A stretch of DNA of 64,000 bases from Octopus sinensis. Lineage: Eukaryota. The position numbers and the translations under genes are program-made. Below, piece by piece: positions 38,008 to 52,372 of the stretch (its first letter is position 1; the number at the start of each line of letters is the position of its first letter). A model generated the notes under the pieces. The model was not told the DNA's origin. It worked only from the letters and a program-made list of their open reading frames with translations, and ran no database searches. The stretch is from NCBI RefSeq assembly GCF_006345805.1, contig NC_043000.1, positions 74,710,001 to 74,774,000 on the forward strand, given 5' to 3'.

Positions 38008-38310
38008 TAAGGTGGCAAGCTGGAAGAATTGTTAGCTTTATGGCAGTTTGTCTTCATGCTCTGACTTCAAATTCCACTTTCTTTCATTCTTTTGGAGTCG
38101 ATAAAATAAGTACCAGTCAAGTAACTAAGTCAATGTAATCTACTTGCCTTTTCCCCTCAAACTTGCTGGTCTTGAAACCATTGTTACTATTATTATTATT
38201 AAAGTGGCGAGCTGGCAGAATCATAAGCACCAGTGAAACACTGGGATCGATGTAATCAATTAGTTTCCTCCCCGCCCCCAACTATTCAGGCCTTGTACCT
38301 ATAGTAGAAA
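38008..38310 (+). mobile_element. Two decayed tandem SINE copies (second family)
   Basis: AAGGTGGCAAGCTGG...GTCGATAAAATAAGTACCAG, then AAAGTGGCGAGCTGGCAGAATC; each ends in ATT/ACT triplet runs. Confidence 0.55.
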
Positions 38311-39410
38311 GGATTGCTACTACTACTACTACTACTAATAATAATAATAATAATAATGACTCATCCACATTAAATTATTGGCTTGGGCTGAAGCTCAAGA
38401 CAATAATTCAGCTTCAGTTTCAGTTTGAACTTTTGTATTGGTTTGTAGAGATGATTTAAAACATTTAAAACACTATGATGAAGAAAATACAATTATATAG
38501 ATGGCAAAATTACCAATTATTTTCAGTGTAGCTTGATTGGGCGAGTTAGAATAACTACTGATGCATTCCATATTTCTGTGGGTCAAATGTCATTATTCTG
38601 AAAATCAGATGAAGTAATGATTTAAAAAAATAAAATGTTGGAAAACATATCTGTCAGAGCTTTGATTATTATTTCTAGCATGTCAAGCAATTGCATTGAG
38701 CCCTCCCTCATTTCATCTGCTGGTTCAACAGGCATCTATATGTGTGGAGGGTATTATTTTAATAGCCAGAGGAAAATTTTGGATAAAAGTATATTTCAGA
38801 GATTTTAAGCATGTCAAGCCATTATATTGCAGCCTTTCTCATCTCATCTGCTAGTGTGACAAGCATCCATGCATACAAAAATGAGTGATGAAATTTAGTA
38901 ACATCCAGAATGTTGATTGTGTTCTAAGAGCTTAGATGGGGAAAGAGAGAGTTTAACAAAATTGAAATTTTAATAAAAACTTTCTTTTCCAAAATCATAA
39001 TCTCTATTTTCACATGTGGAATTTTCTACCTAAGATATTTCAAAAAACAAATGAAGACAAAACATATAGGGGTAGGATTTGATAATTTGCAAAACTGTTT
39101 TGGGGCTAAATCATAATCTTTTGTTGAAACAGGATTCTCCAAAAAACTTTTAAATGAAAATAGAAAATGTGGTGAAGTGTGTTTTCGACCTGTCCACCTC
39201 CAATTTCTTCCTCTTTTCAATTGTTTATACTTACTAATTGTTGATGCAAATCACTATTTTACTCAGATCCTATTGTTCACTTTATATATTACTTCTATAT
39301 GTGTTTCAGTCTGTGCATGCACACACACACACACATACTCACACACAGAGAGGCAGAACTAAAGTTTAGTGCCCTGTTGACCACTATGAAAATTGACTTC
39401 TTTTAGCTCT

Positions 39411-39637
39411 TAAGTTTTTCCCCCCCACCGCACCACTTTTGATAGGGCTTTCAGAATTAGATTCCCTTGACTCAAATCATTCAAGAAAGCTTAATTATAT
39501 TGATTGCTTTTCTAAAATAACAGATATTTATTTTAGAAAAGCAATCAATATAATTAAGCTTTCTTGTATGATTTGAGTCAAGGGAATCTAATTCTGAAAG
39601 CCCTATCAAAAGTGGTGCAGTGAGGGAAAAAAACTTA
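39411..39637. repeat. 227-bp foldback with about 110-bp arms and a 7-nt loop
   Basis: Arms 39411-39520 and 39528-39637 are complementary with 5 mismatches. Confidence 0.95.
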
Positions 39638-40270
39638 CTCCCTTTTTGATTTGACAACTTTTTACCCCACAAGTTTTTCCATGGTATCAATTTTGAGGAG
39701 GTTTTCAGAATTAGATTCTTCTTATTTAGATCTCTTTTAGAAAGCTGAACTACACTAAACTGTTTTTCAAAAAGTAGAGACAATGATTTTAAAATAATAT
39801 CAGACATTACTCTTTTTTCAATTTGACCACTTTTTGCCTTACAAGTTTTTTTACCTATTGTGCCAATTTGGACAGGCTTCACAGAATTGGATTTCTTTTA
39901 TTGAAGTACAACTAAAGCAAAAATAATATAGTATAGAGGAAGCTTTACTACATAGAAGTTGCATCTATACATTGTTCTGCTACTTTTGAGCACATATTCT
40001 ATATCAATTTTCTCTTTTATATTCAGCCGATTTTCTATTAACATCTCAGTATACTGGCCCTTCTCAATAAACTTAATTGTATTTAACTTAATTAAAGAAA
40101 GGATTAGCTTGAGAGTATAAAATTGGTCACAAAATAAGCAAATATTGACACAGAATATTTTTCACTCACCACAGTGGGTGAATAGTATTGACATGATCAT
40201 TGTCTCAAATATTTATTTCATTTTTAAGACAGAAGCTTTCTCTAATGTAAGTTTTGTTCTTTTTCTTCAG

Positions 40271-40333
40271 TGTCGAGAAGTTGGAATTGAAAGTCATGAA
40301 GATATTTTGAAAGTTCTTCATGAATTGCAAAAT
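40271..40333 (+). CDS. srGAP: srGAP F-BAR internal exon (CREVGIESHEDILKVLHELQN)
   Basis: TTTTCTTCAG| acceptor and |GTAAGT donor, 63 nt, phase 0. Resembles the vertebrate SRGAP segment SKEVGQQLQDDLMKVLNELYS and reads in frame into the next exon. Confidence 0.88.
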
Positions 40334-42814
40334 GTAAGTGTTTTAACATCAATTTCTCTTTTTGAATATGTTTTTTTCTTCACTAAGTTTATCACATTCT
40401 CTGTAAAGTTGAACTGCCCTGTTTAAACTATATCAAGAACTCTAAGGAAAGAAGTGATTTTGTCAGTGCATATAAAGATGCAAGCATGGTGTAGTGGTTA
40501 AGAAGTTCCCTTTGCAACCGCATGGTTCCTGAAATTGATACTTATGTCAAGGGTTTTCTGCCTTGTGAGTGAAATTTGATTCACAGAAACTATACCGAAG
40601 GCCATCTTACATACCTGTGTGTGTGCATGTATGTATGAGCATGACTATTCTTGGATAATGTAGTAGTGACAATGTGCTGGGCTGGCAACAGATCAGAAGA
40701 ACCAATTTTATTTGATAAGTGACAGCGACTTTATTATTAAGGCTGGGTACTTCAAAGGACAGACTGAAGTTAGCTACTTATTAGAGTGCTTAAAGTTTAG
40801 TGGCAACAAAGACCAAATGGGCTTTTTAACTAACCCACTACATCACATGTCTATATGTCTGTGTGTTTATATATATAAGTTTTCGATGTCATGTGACATA
40901 TATAAGCTTAACATTAAACTGAAGGATTATCCATCCTTCCATTTTTTCTGTCCACTATTCCTGGGAGGATTGTGAGGACAGAGTCCTGAAGAACCTCCTC
41001 CAAAGGGTTCTAATGGAAAGGAACTATCATTAAACTTCCTGGCTGAAGGATTATTGAATACTTTTTAGTAAAGTCAATATTTAACATTTTACAAGGTAAA
41101 GTTTGACATAGATATTTTGGCTGCCAATCTTTGCTTGTGAATTGTGTGTGTGTCCATATAAGTGCAAACACACTATCTTTAAGATAGCAGGCTTTACATT
41201 GGTTTGATATCATTGTATTATATATTCCTATGGTGTATATGCTTGAATATAGCTATGACATGCATGTGGGAAGCATACTGACAAAGCATGCAACATGAAT
41301 GAAGCAAAGGACACAAAATGAACAGCTTTGTCAGGCAGCAAGTCAACAAAGCAGACAGAGATAATTTTGGTCTGACATCAAGGACTGGATAAGTTTCAAC
41401 ACTGCCACCCTTCATAACATAGAAGAGTGGCAGGCTGACCCAGTTAAGGGAATTTGATTATGATACTTATAAACATGAGCATTATCTATCACATACTTCT
41501 TCATCCTGGAGGAATCCCTTTAAAGATGCATAATGTTAAGAAACACATCAGAGGTAGGTAAAACAGAATTGCCTAAGTAGTGCTCACGAGAATGGCAGAT
41601 ACTGTATTTTGCAATGGTGTCGTATCTGTAGTATAAATTGAAATTATGGAATTAATGCAGCTCTATAATATAAACACTATCAGAAGCTGTGGTTTTTAGT
41701 TTAGGAAAAACCTCTTTTGTTACCATATTTCTGTTGAGATACTCTGTGTTTCAATTAATTTTAAATATAACAAAGAATTTAGTAAAATAACTTAGTTATC
41801 ATTAAGCTAGTGTTAGGAACATAAATTGTAACTAAGGTTTGGTGGAAGATTTTAATTCAGAACTTTTGAAAACAACATTTGTACTGCAGAGCCAGAGGCA
41901 GTTTTAGGTAAGTTAGTATCAAAAGGGTTAACCTTTACCATTCAGGTTATTCTGTCAAATGTAATGCTTATTTATTCACGCTGTTTTGAATTAATCAGGT
42001 ATTATGTCATACCTTTAAAATTTTGATGATATGATTGTATATTTTTAGAATGACACTGTAGAGTAGATGTGAAAGGCCAGGTCTGACTGGTTTGAGCATA
42101 AAATAGGAGAATATTTGAACTGGTTATGGCCAGTTTAAATCCTAAAGGATTAAAGACATACAGTGTTAAAAAAACACTATAAACTTGAAAGCTAGATGAA
42201 ACAAAAGTTCCCTAGAAAGCACAAGAGTAGCAGAAACCATATTTCACTGTATTTGTGGCTTACACTGCTTTGAACTAAAAAACTACAACTTCTGACATTT
42301 AAACAACACATAGCCATTAAATATATGGTATTAATAATATTTATAGTACAGAAGTACTTTTATTGCATGATTTGAATATGCTAGTGCAAGATGAAAAACA
42401 TCAGTTGGCTACAACATAAAGGGACATGGAAGCTCCATACTAGGAATATCAATTCAAGAGCATATTCAAAATGAGATAACTTCAGAACAAAGCAGAATGA
42501 ATGATATGATCATAGAATACCGAAAGCACAAGTTACACTGGACCAGATATATCACAAGGTCCACAAGTAAAGGATGGATATTTGGAAGGCCTCCGTGATG
42601 ATGGGAAGATGATTTAGGACACGATAAGCAACAATGGCACAATCAAGAAAGATAGGAAATGTATTGTGACCAGTGATAGCTTGGTCAATATATTCAACTC
42701 AAGTCAGAAATTCTAGTAACATGCATCGCTTCTAAACATAACATGAATTATATTATATTATGTGTGTGTATACATCTGTATGTATGTGTGTACATGCAAG
42801 TATATGTATATATA

Positions 42815-43632
42815 CGTAGTCTGATCAATAAGTATCCGGACTGTTGCTATAGTAATGAAGCTAAAGCATGGAGAATGAAGCTACTTGGCACAGATTGACC
42901 TTGAACTCTGCTGTGCATGTGCACTATGCTTTAACATTGTAGCTCACTTTTACCATTTACAGCAATGCTTGGAAGTGTAGCGTGTGATCATCGTATTGAC
43001 CATGACAGGGAAAGTTGATCAGAGAATCTGCATCAAATTTTGCCAAAAGCTTGGCGATATCTGCTCAGAGGCCTACGCAAACTTTTCAAAAAGTTTTCAT
43101 TGTTCTCGACACAATCAAGGAGATCTTGTGCAACTGAAACCCCGAGTGTCTTTTTGGTTAGCTGAAAGCAGTTTTGGCACAAACTTGGCAGACACCTCAT
43201 GCCCAGATCTTCAGTGATAATAGATTGAACTGAACTGTAACTAATTTACTCAGCCTCTGATAACTCACAGATGGTGATTCAACAATTTCCCTTCACAGCT
43301 GCGTGCACATCTGCGATGTTTTACTCAGTTCTGCTGGTAGCGAGTCTCCAAGAACGTTCATCAATATCAACGTTTTTTTCAACCATTTTGGAAACATCTA
43401 AACCATTCATACACTTGTGTGCAACTCATACACTTTCTGCAACATTGCATAGGCCTCAGAGCAGGTATAACCATGACAACTTTCTCTGTCATGTTCAATG
43501 CAACGATCACACACTACACACCTTCCTTCCAATCACTGATGCATACAGCAGAGGTGAGCTAGAACGTTAAAACTTAGTGTGTATGTACAGCAGAGTTCAA
43601 GGACAGTCTGGATACTTATTGATGAGACCATA
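42815..43632. mobile_element. Mariner derivative built from two inverted 5' halves
   Basis: TIR CGTAGTCTGATCAATAAGTATCCGGACTGT with its inverse ending at 43632. The subterminal GAACTCTGCTGT block is present at both ends. N-terminal ORF DQRICIKFCQKLG. Confidence 0.65.
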
Positions 43633-43689
43633 TACATGTGAGTGTATATATTTGTGCCAGTAGGCTGTGTCAGTTCCTGGCTGTTACAC

Positions 43690-44342
43690 CTAGAGTACAG
43701 ACATATAGTGCGCACTCATCAGGTTATTGTTTTCATGCAAGATGACCAAACACATCAAGCAGAGACCATTAACCCATGTCTCATCACCAGTGATAATGGT
43801 CTTTATGAAGTTTGGATTGTGGTTTGTACAGTCCAGCATGCCCTGAGTGATATCAATATGGAGTTGCTTCTGCTGATCTATCAGCACCTTGGGAACGACT
43901 TTTGCCAGCACTCTCTGCATGCACTGATCCTGTACTTATTCTCACTCTGTGAGCAACTTCACTGAACCTTCTCAATCAGCTTTTCATTTTAGTTTGTCGA
44001 TGGCCTGCATGAGCATGCTTCACTCTCCGCTGAAGTGTGGCCATGTTTGAAGTGGTTGCACTAATCCTTGATCTGAGATTTGCTCAAGGTCTGCTGAATC
44101 TTCTGGATGGTTTGAGCTTAAGTATCACCAAGCTTTTGTTGAAACTTGATGCAATATCTATGCTTGATGCATTTGGTTAAAAAGAAAATTTGATGAGTGC
44201 ACACTACACATCTGTAACAAAAAGGAATTGAAGCGGTATGCTGGCATGAAGGATAACCTCACCTCACATCCAAAGAATTTTGCACATCCAGCATTAGTTT
44301 TGTTGGGAAAAAATAAAGTTAGATATTTTTTAACACGTCTTG
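43690..44342 (-). mobile_element. Decayed mariner 5' half
   Basis: ORF 43690-43920 (AKVVPKVL...IITGDETWV) and a TIR-like end at 44342 followed by TA. Confidence 0.7.
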
Positions 44343-44518
44343 TATATATATATATTTACACATGTATATGTGTGCATGTGTCTGTCAAGGAGTAAATAAC
44401 AAATTAGTGTTATGTAATCATAGAGGGAATATGTTTAATAAAATCTTAATTAACTGATCCTCCTGATTTTCTTATCCCAAAGCCAGGAACTTCTCAGCAC
44501 CCCCTTGTACATACATAC

Positions 44519-47500
44519 CAGGGGCATGCACTCTCAGGTATGCAAGCTATGCGCTGCATGCCTTCTTTGTTTCAAAGAAAATACGTCCAGCTGTTTTAGA
44601 AATATTTTGTCTCTCCTTCCCCTCTCTCAGTGACTCGTACTTCTGCTTTGATAAATGCTTTGAGAAGATCGCATGACACACACTCCCTCTCTGTATGTAT
44701 TAGTTTGTCCTTCCTTCCTCTCTCTCTCTCTCTCTCTCTCTTAGTGACTCGATAAATTCATTGTGGCCTGTCATGCTTTGAAAAGACAGCATGACCCCCC
44801 CTCTCTCTCTCTCTTTGTTAGTTTGTCCCTCCTTCCTCTCTCTCTTAGTGACTTGTTTAAAATATATGCTAGGAGGAATGGTCATCCATAATAGTTTGTA
44901 CCCCTTTCTTCTCTCTCAGTGATTTGACAAATTCATTGTGGCATTTCATGCTTTGAGAAGACTGCATGACATGCCTCTCTGTCTATTTGTTAGTGTAGAA
45001 TTGTTGCTAACCTGGTTCCACTTTTAACCGGAACAAGAGCAAGCCCATAATTCTTGAGTTAGCCAGCTGAAATGTTGGAATAGCTTGGCATGTAGGTTTG
45101 AATTTTTTTATCCAAAGCATCTGTTTGCACTATTATATTTTTGGAGTGTTTTGAAAACAAAAATATAATCTATATTATATTTCTTATTTCAGAAATTGCT
45201 AATTAATCTTAAATTAATTTAACAAAGGGTATTTTTCCGTTTTGTTGAAATTGACTTACAATTTACGCCGGCACTTCCACGTGGGTTCTTATATAAGAGC
45301 AGCCTTTTTCAAAATGAGTGAAATGTGTGTTATAAACGATATTTTGAGAAATAGTTTTTCGAAAAGAGACTTTGATGGAAAACAATTAATTACCTAATTT
45401 GCGAAGCTACAACAAGAAATTCACGAGACAATTTCAGGTTAATTCGTATGAAAAGAAGAAATGGTTAACTGGAAGTGTTGCTCTTAATAAATTATTCTGT
45501 TGGCTGTGTTTACTTTTTGGCTTAGAAAAAAATGTTTGAAATGATAAAGGCTATGATGATTTAAATAATTTACATATGGCTATGCTAAAGCATGAGCGTT
45601 CTCAAAGGCATATAAAATGTTTGATAGATCTTAAAATAATCGGGAATGTTCACGTAGACTTACAATTAGTTGCACGTAAAAATCAAAGCATACAACATCA
45701 TAATGAGAAAGTTCGACGAAACAGATCCATTCTGCAACGATTGATCGATGTTGTTATTTTTTTAGGCCTCCAGGAATTACCGTTCCAGGGTCATTTTGAA
45801 TCTGAAGGCTCTAATAATTGTGGAAATTATAAAGAACTCGTTTATTTGATCAGTAAATATGACAAAAAAATAGAAAGTCATCTAGATACGGCTTCTATCT
45901 TCACTGGTCTGTCGAACAGAATTCAAAATGACTTGATTGAAGCAATTCATAAAGTTATGTTGAATGAGATGCAGAAGGAAATTGAGCAAGCTAAGTTTGT
46001 TTCTATTCTTGTTGATGAGACATCTGATGTCTCAGCATCTTCACAACTGTCAACAGTTTTACGTTATGTTACAGAAGACTGTGTGACGAAAGAACGATTT
46101 ATCGGTTTTAGTGATGTTAGTGCAGATCGATCTGCAAATGCTTTATCTGAACATGTTTTTAAATGCATTGAGATGTGGGAATGTGGAAACAAATTGATTG
46201 CACAGACATATGATGGTGCCGCTACAATGGCAGGACAACTAAATGGGTTACAGGCAAAAGTAAGAAGGAAATATGAATGTGCGATCTTTATTCATTGTTG
46301 TGCCCATATCCTAAATTTAGTTCTTTCACAATCATGCTCTGCTATGAAAGAATGCAAGATATATTTTTTCTACAATAAACGGACTCAGTACATTTTTTAC
46401 GAAATCACCGAAAAGGGCTAATGCATTAGATAACATTATTAAAAAAAGATTTCCGAAAGCAACAACAACTAGATGGAATTACTCCTCATGTCTTATTATT
46501 ACCACAAAGGAAAATTATAATTTCATAATCAGCCTTTTTGAACACATCATTGAAAATCCTGAAGCATGGGATGATACCACCATAAATTCAGCAATTGGAT
46601 TCTTACACACTTTAAAAGCTCTTGATTTCTTATTTTTGTTAGAAGTATTCAGTGACATTTTTTCTTTTACTGACGTCTTATTTAACATACTCCAGGGTAA
46701 AAGTCATGACAGTGTATTGTAAGGAGCAAATAGATAAAACTAGAACTGTACTCGAAAACAAACTTGATTATTTTTCAATCTTTTATGATAGGATAGGGGA
46801 AAAATATGGAGTCAATGCAGGAATCGGAATTCAGAGATCCAAGAATATATCTATTAATCCCCAATGACATTATAGAATGCTTTATAACAAAATTATCAGT
46901 ACAATAGTTGACCAAATAAAAGCACGATATTCATCCTTAGAAGAGTTTAAATTCATGGAACTTTTGAATTTCAACAAAGTTGATGAGTATTGCAAACAAT
47001 TTCCTGTGGACTCTTTAGATTCTTTAAGAACAACTTATGGCAGGTTTTTTGATGTAATACGATTACAAAGTGAGCTCAATGTGATGTATTCAATGAAAGA
47101 TTTTAAAAAACCAAGTGTAAGTCATTTAATGAGTTACATTAACAGCAGTGATCTTGTTGAAGCTATGCCAGAACTCTTCAATCTGTGCAAGTTGATTTTG
47201 ACAATTCCGTCTACCACTGCTTCTGTAGAGTGATCCTTTCTGCATTAAGTAGAATTAAAACATACCAAAGAAATGCGACAGGATAAAGAAGACTGTCTGG
47301 GTTAGCACTAATGTCAATTGAAAAAAATTTATTACATGAATTGATGAAAAGAGAAGATTTCTATGAAAATGTGATAGATATATTTACCCAGAAAGATCGA
47401 AGAATTGAATTAATTTATAAATGAGGTAAATAACATTTTAAAACATTAAAAAAATTAATATATTAAAGAGCATATATTACAGGTTTTGCTTAGTGTTTGT

Positions 47501-48318
47501 TATAACGTAAGGTTCGACCTTCTTACATCAGTATTGTTTCGCAGGAGAAATGTTTCGATTTCTTCATCAAACCTAACCTACATAGATTTCTCTTTCTGTG
47601 CTGCTGGCTGTAGTCTATTTACGACCATAAATAAGTGTCTTGTTTCACTTTCAATAAGTGTCTTGTTTCAATCTCAGAGATGTTGACTTCTGCCACAACA
47701 GTTTTGGGAGGCTTTTTACAATGTTGAATTTTCGCTGTCTTTCATTGTGTGTATATTCATGTATATGCGTGTATTTTCAATGTGTGTGCGTGAGACATAT
47801 TCTTTTAATGTACGGAGTTCAGTAAGTCTCAGAACAGTCAATAATTTTCCCGGAGTTGACAAGTAGCATGATAAAGCACCTGACTTGTCTTCGAGAGCAT
47901 AACGATCTAAAACCATGGCCATATAAAGTAACTAAATGTGTTCTTTTAATTAAATCATTTCATTCGGCTCAACCAATAGGTATAGGGGCTAATGCAGAAT
48001 CGCACCTCTTTGAAAAACAAATTTTTATGAAAAATGTTTTTCGGATTCCACATTTCACTTATGATTTTTAGACTTTTTTAAGGGAGAATGAGGATGGGAA
48101 AGTACTGATATTTCGAAGAGCAAAGAATAATACAAACAATACACTAATTTCAGGCTCATCTCTACACAGCCATTTTTTATTCCCTGTTTATTTTAGAATC
48201 TCTTAGATGTAAATCGTAGGAATACGAAAATGTTTTACTGAAAAATTGCCGGTGGGGATGATGGGGTGGCAATGAAATTCATTGCATGCCCAACGCCAGA
48301 AGTCACCGCACGCCACTG
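44519..48318 (+). mobile_element. Full-length hAT transposon, 3800 bp, with 8-bp TSD
   Basis: Imperfect TIRs CAGGGGCATGC / GCACGCCACTG. TSD ATACATAC at 44511-44518 and 48319-48326. Confidence 0.92.
45314..47424 (+). pseudogene. hAT transposase (ZMYM1/DUF4371-type with C-terminal dimerisation region), disrupted
   Basis: SILVDETSDVS, QTYDGAATMAG, FIHCCAHILNL, LILTIPSTTASVE*, RRIELIYK*. Several stops and frameshifts. Confidence 0.9.
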
Positions 48319-48333
48319 ATACATACATATATA

Positions 48334-48650
48334 TACTTTTACTTGTTTCAGTCATTAGACTGTACCTATGATGGGGCACTACCTTGAATTTATTTATTAA
48401 GCCTGGTACTTATTCTATTGGTCTCTTTTGCCGAACCGCTAAATTACAGGAACCTAAACACACCAACACTGTCAGAAAGAGAGAGAGAGAGAGATACACA
48501 CACACACACACTACAGTCTCCTTTCAGTTTCTGTCTACTAAATTCACTCACAAGTAGAAGACACTTGCCCAAGAAGGCATGCAGTAGGACTGAACCCAGA
48601 ACCATGTGGTTGGAAATCAAACATCTTACCACACAGCCACTCCTGCAACT
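48334..48650 (-). mobile_element. tRNA-derived SINE
   Basis: Head GCAGGAGTGGCTGTGTGGTAAG...GGTTCAGTCC and the same tail as 57041-57394. Confidence 0.8.
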
Positions 48651-49555
48651 ATATATATAGTGTGTGTGTCTGTGTGTATGTGCACACATACACACTGTGA
48701 AGCATTGTGTAATATTTAAAGTTAAGTATGAAATTGTTCAAATGCCAGTACAATGCCAATTCAAGTATAGGGGTGATAACAGAGGTAAGGATGATAAGAC
48801 AATAGTTTATACTTTACCTTATAGTCCTGTGGTTTCGCGTTAATAGCTATTTTTCAGGAGCAAGTGGGAGGTGTGGTCAGGCTGATGTATTTTGCTCAGA
48901 TAAGTAGAAAGGGGCAGAATTGTTACATGCATAGAATGGTATTGTTACAGTAACAAGTTTGCCTCATGTAACTCATGTCTGTTGCTGATTGGTGGCTTCA
49001 ATTTATTAATGAATAGGACTTTCTTGATCCTCAAATTACTGATGTTATATTCTGCTACCTTACCCTGGATCTTATTTTATCATAAAGCTACAGAATAACA
49101 TCAGCAATTCGAAGATCAGTAGAGCTTCCTTATTAATAAAGTTGACCAGAGTTACACAGGGCAGGTTTGCTGCCACAATAGCATTCTACATATGTAACAA
49201 CTCCACAGACAGAAGGTAATTTTCCATAAGAATGTGAGGTGTCTGCTTTGGCTTGGTTTTTACAGCTGGATGCCCTTCCTTAAGCCAACCACTTTACAGA
49301 GTGGACTGGATGCTTCTTACATGGCACCAGCACTGGTGAGGTCACCAAGTAACTTGCAAGAAAAAGATTCTTTGAGAAGGGAGTGATATTGAAGGAGGTG
49401 GTTTTGTGCCAGATGATGAGAGGTTAGTGTATGACAAACAGAAACAGGTGTATTTCTGTAGAGGAGATGCATTCAGGAGAGAGAGCAAGAGTGTGATGTC
49501 TTTTCTATACTTTTCACCTGGTAGATTTTCTTTTTCTTGTTTTATCCTGAGTAGA

Positions 49556-50158
49556 TCATCATCATCATCATCATCATTTAGCATCCGCTTTCCATGCTAG
49601 CATGGGATGGACGGTTCAACTGGGGTCTGGGAAGCCAGAAGGCTGTACCAGGCCCAGTCTGATTTGGCAATGTTTCTACGGCTGGATGCCCTTCCTAACG
49701 CCAACCACTCCATGAGTGTAGTGGGTGCTTTTTACGTGCCACCGGCACAGGTGCCAGACGAGTCTGGCAAACGTCCACAATCGGATGGTGCTTTTACGTG
49801 CCACCGGCATGGGTCCAGGTGAGGCTGGCAACGGCCACGAACAGATGGTGCCTTTTACGTGCCACCGGCACGAGGCCAGTTGGGGCAGCGCTGGCAACGG
49901 CCACGTTCGGATGGTTCTCTTACATGCCACCGGCACTGGTATCACAGCTGCAATTTCCATTGATGTTGATCGATTCTCACTTGCCTCAACAGGTCTTCAC
50001 AAGTAGAGTTTTGTGTCCCAAGAAGGAAAGGTATGCATAAGTGGACTGGCTACATCCCGTGTAGAGGCCACAGGTTATGGTCTCACTTGTCCTGTCGGCT
50101 CTTCTCACACACAGCATACTTCCAAAGGTCTCAGTCTCTAGTCATTTCCTCAGTGAGA
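49556..50158 (-). mobile_element. RTE 3' end (ORF terminus and full 3' UTR)
   Basis: (ATC)n tail, four GGTGCTTTTTACGTGCCACCGGCAC units, and similarity to 55155-55840. Confidence 0.9.
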
Positions 50159-50776
50159 GATATTTTTCCTTTATCATATGACTTATGTCTTTCCTAATCC
50201 TCCAACCAGGGCCATAAAGTAATTTAGATAATGATTTGATAAATAAGATAGTGCTTTTGAACTTTGCCCTTATGGGTCTTACAAGCAGCCTTAATAAATT
50301 CTATTTTCCTTCTAAAAAAATTTTTAATTCTGCCACCATGTAGCTTGGTGAGCTTGTTGACTTATATTTCTGTTTGTTTGTTAAAAACCACTTGAAGATG
50401 GTGGATTTTGCCATGATGTAACCTAACACTGCATCAGTAAAATGCTACCAAAACAGTTGTTATGAATTTTGAACCCCACTTGTGTTCTTTTATACATATG
50501 CTACACTTAGAACCTTCACTGGGTTGAGCCTACAGTTTGTATTGGATCAGGTACCTATGTGTATACATATATTTGTCTATGAGTACTCATATATGGATAG
50601 ATTTTTAGGTATATATATGCACACTTTCAGTATACAAACAACAACTTTAAATTCCACTAGAGTACTATAAGCCAAGTACCCAGCATTTCCTAGCATACTA
50701 CACATTGAAATGCCTAGATTCTAACAAATCGTGCAACTCAGCAACTGAACACAAATAAATAACAGATATGTATATA

Positions 50777-52372
50777 CAGTTGCGGCCAAAATGTTCAGAA
50801 CGGCATTGTTTTCGTCAGAAAAGTAGGTATAAGTTTTTATTAAAGTTGTTTTATATTCTATAATTTTCACAGACAATAAATACGATATTAATTGGTATTG
50901 TCTGAGATTTTGGTGTAATTTGAATGGATGATACAAAAGTTATGGATGATATAGTGATTTACTGCAAAACCCATGGTGGCCAAAATGATCAGAACGGTTG
51001 AAAAAATAACAAAATAATCAAAAAGTGACAGAGAATGCTGGAATTATTTCATATTTAGTGAGAAGCCCTTTAGCTTCAATCAAAGTTTGACATTTTTGAC
51101 TGCATGGGGAAATCAAATTTTCAATTTCTTGCTGGGTGATCTTATTCCATTCTTCCTGAAGGGCATTCCGTAATTGCTCGGTTGTTTTAGGATTTCTGGC
51201 TTTCAAACGTTCTCCTAGAATATTCCACACATTTTCAATAGGATTGAGGTCTGGGCTTTGAGCAGGCCAATCCATAACAATAACCTTTTCAGCCTTGAGG
51301 AAGTTCATGACCACCTTAGCCTTGTGACATGGGGCATTGTCCTGCATGAATATGGGTGGTCGCTTAGTTGAATTTCTCAGCACAGGCAAGACATGATCTT
51401 TTACAAGTTGTTTATAAACTCCTGCATTTACCTTTCCATGTAATCACAGCGAAGGGCCCACAACATCTCCAGATATCATCCCCCAAACCATGACACTTCC
51501 TTCCTCCACCGAATTTAACACTAGTCTTAAGGCATTTAGGTGACAATTTTTCACCTGCTTTTCGACAAACGTACCTTTTCCCATCTGAGCTAAATAACAT
51601 AGACTTAGATTCATCACTGAAATCCACCGTTTGCCATTTTTCTTGAGACCACAACACATGTTCAGTTGCAAAGGTAAGACGACACTTTTTATTCTTGGAG
51701 CTGATCAGTGGCTTCACTGCAGGTGCTCTTGCTTGTAGGTCATGTTCAACTAAAGGACGAGACACAGTTTTATGAGATAAAGTTTTCTTCAGTACAATGC
51801 TCATTTCCCGAAAAACAGCAGCAGCAGTTTTAAATCTGTCCTTTTTAACCAACTTTACCATAGCACGATCTTCTCTCTTGGTCGTTTTTCTTGGCCTACC
51901 TGTAGACTTTCTTGCTTCACACGAACCACAATCATCATAGACCTTAAGAATACTGTGAACAACACTTTTTGACTTGTTAACAATCTTTGCAATAGACCTA
52001 ATACTTAAATTATCCTTCTTTCGAAGCTTAATAATCTGCTGACGAATTGGTAATGAAGTAAGTGGCATTATATTAACAAAGTACACTGCAGATATTCTCA
52101 CTAATGTTTAGTAAACGAACTGTCACATAAACAAATTCAAAACATTAGAGTTCGACGGTTAAATATACAAAAACATGGAGTAAAAGCAACCATTCTGATC
52201 ATTTTGGCCGCCATGGGTTTTGCAGTAAATCACTAAATCATCCATAGACAATAACAAATAATATCATATTTATTGTCTGTGAAAATTATAGAATATAAAG
52301 CAACTTTGATAAAAACTTATACCTACTTTTCTGACGAAAACAATGCCGTTCTGAACATTTTGGCCGCAACTG
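50777..52372 (-). mobile_element. Full-length Tc1 (DD34E) transposon with IR/DR ends, 1596 bp
   Basis: TA-CAGTTGCGGCCAAAATG TIRs with an inner repeat CCAAAATGATCAGAA at about 50980 and 52195. Transposase 51018-52068 is frameshifted (FSDES, QDNAPCH-34-E in SPDLNPIENVW). Confidence 0.95.

Noticed and set aside
49725-49935. CRISPR-like array of palindromic ~25-bp repeats
   Set aside because: The spacers are related to each other, the context is a eukaryotic LINE 3' UTR, and there are no cas genes.
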